Of a stretch of 61,353 bases of DNA, positions 59,238 through 61,353 are shown piece after piece. The notes under the pieces are model-generated. The model saw only the letters and a list, made by a program, of their open reading frames with translations. It did no database searches and was not told the origin of the DNA. Both the position numbers and the translations under genes were made by a program. The stretch's first letter is position 1; each line of letters begins with the position of its first letter. The stretch is from Arcobacter sp. (GTDB taxonomy: Bacteria > Campylobacterota > Campylobacteria > Campylobacterales > Arcobacteraceae), in assembly GCA_965662175.1 (NCBI GenBank), contig CBFIGT010000002.1, positions 1 through 61,353 on the forward strand. Direction: 5' to 3'.

Positions 59238-60677
59238 ATTACAACATTCTTACAACAATATAAACAATTTATTAAAACTGATACAAAATACTTACAATGG
59301 CTAAACAATAATTATTATTTTGTGATTAGAATTAAAAATAAAATTGTAAAATACTCCCTGAAATCTTCTAATTTAAAATATTGTAATATTATAAAATTAA
59401 AATTATTGAGGTTTTTAGATAAGGAATTAAATTTGATTGATAATGACAGATATTTAACTATACACTTTATAGAAGATGATGAAGATGACCCAATTCAAGT
59501 GGAAAAAATAAAAAATAAATTAAGACAAGTAGCAAGTGATGAATTTTCAAATGGGAATATTAATAAATTAGATATTAATGATAGTAAATCAATAACAATA
59601 AAAGAAGCAATTGAAAAATTCTTAGATTATAAAGAGAATGTTGAAAAAGTTAAAGATGCTACCTTATCAAATTATAAATCTTCATTCAATTACTTATATT
59701 TATTTATAACTGATAAAACAAATATAAAGATTTTAAATAAAAGATTTTTTAATGAACTACAAAATAACTTTATGAAAATTCCAAAAGATTATCTAAAAGC
59801 AAAAAATAAAAAAGATATTAATGAAATTTTAGAAAATAAAAATGATTTGATTAAATTAGATAATGGAACAATTAACAAGCATTTTATGGTTTATAAGTCT
59901 TTATATGACTTTTTAGTTAGAAATGACTATATTCAAAAAAATACCGTTGAAATTAAGTATTTAAAAGAAGATAATGAAATAAAAAAAGAAGAATTTGAAT
60001 ATGAGGAATTAGATGACTTATTTAATTTAAAATCAGTTAAAAAAACAAAAGATAGTGATGAAGAAGTTCAAAATTTTTTTAAATTTGCTTATTTAACTGG
60101 AATGAGATTAGGAGAAATTTTAAGATTAAGAATTGAAGATATTGAAGAAATTCAAGGACATAAGATTATTGATATTAAAGAAGGTAAAACAAAAACAAGT
60201 ATAAGGTTAATACCTACAAATAAAGATATTGACTTAATTTTAGAGGAACAAATTAAAAAGTCTAAAAATGGGTATATTTTCGTAGATTATCAATTAAAAA
60301 ATAGATTTAGTCCAAAAGCTAATCCAGTAGGAAAACGATTAAATTTAAAAATCAATAATTATTTAGAGAGTAAAAACAAAGATAAATCAATAAAATCTTT
60401 ACATAGTTTCAGAAAAAATTTTACACAGACTTTATATTTAGAGAGATTTCAATTAAAAGAAATTGTAATTTCAAAATTATTAGGACATTCAGTTGAAGAT
60501 AATATCACAAGAAAAGTTTATAATAGAAATAAAGTAGAAAGAGAAGCATTAATAAATGCTATGAGTTGTATTAAATTATCAGATATTGAAAAACTAAAAA
60601 ATGAAAATTTATATTTTAAGAAAAAAGAAGTACCAATCGAAAACATTATAAATGAAACTGCGGGAATGATTTTTTAA
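59238..60677 (+). CDS. Tyrosine recombinase/integrase (start uncertain: ATT 59238 or TTG 59433)
   Basis: Catalytic R (TGMRLGE), K (GKTK), HxxR (LHSFRK), H (LLGH), Y (KVYN); directly 3' of a tRNA. Confidence 0.92.
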   Translation: MTTFLQQYKQFIKTDTKYLQWLNNNYYFVIRIKNKIVKYSLKSSNLKYCNIIKLKLLRFLDKELNLIDNDRYLTIHFIEDDEDDPIQVEKIKNKLRQVASDEFSNGNINKLDINDSKSITIKEAIEKFLDYKENVEKVKDATLSNYKSSFNYLYLFITDKTNIKILNKRFFNELQNNFMKIPKDYLKAKNKKDINEILENKNDLIKLDNGTINKHFMVYKSLYDFLVRNDYIQKNTVEIKYLKEDNEIKKEEFEYEELDDLFNLKSVKKTKDSDEEVQNFFKFAYLTGMRLGEILRLRIEDIEEIQGHKIIDIKEGKTKTSIRLIPTNKDIDLILEEQIKKSKNGYIFVDYQLKNRFSPKANPVGKRLNLKINNYLESKNKDKSIKSLHSFRKNFTQTLYLERFQLKEIVISKLLGHSVEDNITRKVYNRNKVEREALINAMSCIKLSDIEKLKNENLYFKKKEVPIENIINETAGMIF

Positions 60678-60692
60678 TTTTTAAACCCTCTA

Positions 60693-60716
60693 CTGATTAA
60701 GAAAAAACTTAATCAG
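60693..60716 (+). terminator. Hairpin after integrase
   Basis: CTGATTAAG-AAAAAA-CTTAATCAG. Confidence 0.6.
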
Positions 60717-60762
60717 ATAGAGAAATTACTAAGAATTGGCGTTCTGTTAGAAGTTGCTAAGA

Positions 60763-61353
60763 GAGACCGTTATAAATTCTGTGTCAAGTCACCTAAAGTA
60801 ACAAATACTCATTTGTTACAACTCTAAATAATCGTCCAATCTCCCTTCGAAAAATATAGCAAGTTGGGAGATTGTTAAACTCCAATTATGAACTGGCTGA
60901 GTCCATTTCTCTTTTGCATTTTGAATTCCCATATATAGTAATTTTAAAAGTGAATTCTCATTTGGAAATGCTCCTTTTGTTTTAGTCAATTTTCTAAATT
61001 GTCTATGAACTGATTCTATAATATTTGTTGTATACATTATCTTTCTAATTGCGGTTGGGTATTTGAAATAATAAGATAAATTCTCCCATTTATTTTGCCA
61101 AGATTGAAGAACAATTGGATATTTTTTACCCCATTTTTCATCAAGTTTTAGAAGCTCATCTTCTGCTAATTCTTTTGTTGCTGCTTGATAAACTAATTTT
61201 AAATCTTTCATAAACTCTTTTTGATCTTTTGAAGCTACATACTTCAATGAATTACGTATTTGATGAACAATACAAAGTTGTACTTCAGTTTGAGGAAAGA
61301 TAGTCTTAATAGCTTCAGGAAAGCCTTTAAGTCCATCAACTGATGCAATTAGG
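60763..61353 (-). mobile_element. IS256-family insertion sequence (3' part)
   Basis: Candidate terminal repeat GAGACCGTTATAAATTCTGTGTC near 60763 (exact end uncertain); transposase CDS follows. Confidence 0.85.
60816..61353 (-). CDS. IS256-family transposase, C-terminal part
   Basis: Frame stays open to window end: DGLKGFPEAI, QLCIVHQIRNS, YTTNIIES, KTKGAFPN. Confidence 0.95.
   Translation of the reverse strand, partial: LIASVDGLKGFPEAIKTIFPQTEVQLCIVHQIRNSLKYVASKDQKEFMKDLKLVYQAATKELAEDELLKLDEKWGKKYPIVLQSWQNKWENLSYYFKYPTAIRKIMYTTNIIESVHRQFRKLTKTKGAFPNENSLLKLLYMGIQNAKEKWTQPVHNWSLTISQLAIFFEGRLDDYLEL

Larger units (their letters stand above)
59185..61353. mobile_element. Left end of a tRNA-Arg-integrated genomic island or prophage (continues beyond window)
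   Basis: tRNA followed by integrase, even more A-rich sequence, and an IS. Confidence 0.75.

Noticed and set aside
59102..59308. 68-aa minus-strand ORF, and GTG 59151 as integrase start
   Set aside because: Both overlap the tRNA; typical tRNA-derived spurious translation.

Overview
Very AT-rich chromosomal window, most consistent with an Arcobacteraceae (Campylobacterota) genome, judged from gene content: MqnP, HemJ, CrdA-type copper operon, tRNA-Arg(UCG) and an N-terminally extended RNase J. Most of it is housekeeping or metabolic: a TRAP transporter with a two-component system and lutABC, accBC, a DEAD-box helicase, PiT, asnB, an anchorless SdhAB-like pair, PIN-PhoH, rarA, rnj, rsmA, hisF, rlmN, gltX, hom, rlmB, rsmI, rpmE, miaA and mqnP. 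Three accessory parts stand out. (1) A ~7 kb partly decayed, defence-like island (35.15-42.2 kb) lies between a CrdRS-like two-component system and a crdA-crdB-czcB-czcA-like copper operon. It holds a WYL-regulator remnant, a frameshifted ATPase-PD-(D/E)XK gene, a RES protein, an LRR ORF that a 1-nt frameshift would fuse to a SIR2-like C-terminal domain, and a Deg-type protease whose 3' 88 bp are duplicated 5,041 bp upstream. (2) The copper operon is followed by yceI and a secreted 4x(GSCGxGKCG) HvfA-like peptide with no modifying enzyme in the window; both promoters share an 11-bp-period ACACA box. (3) A tyrosine integrase island starts at tRNA-Arg(UCG) and contains an IS256 running off the window. 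The ORF track misses dctQ, a full-length AEC transporter that apparently starts at ATC, a 32-aa membrane peptide between rlmN and gltX, and the single in-frame TAG in rarA. All family calls are from motif recognition by eye; no searches were run.
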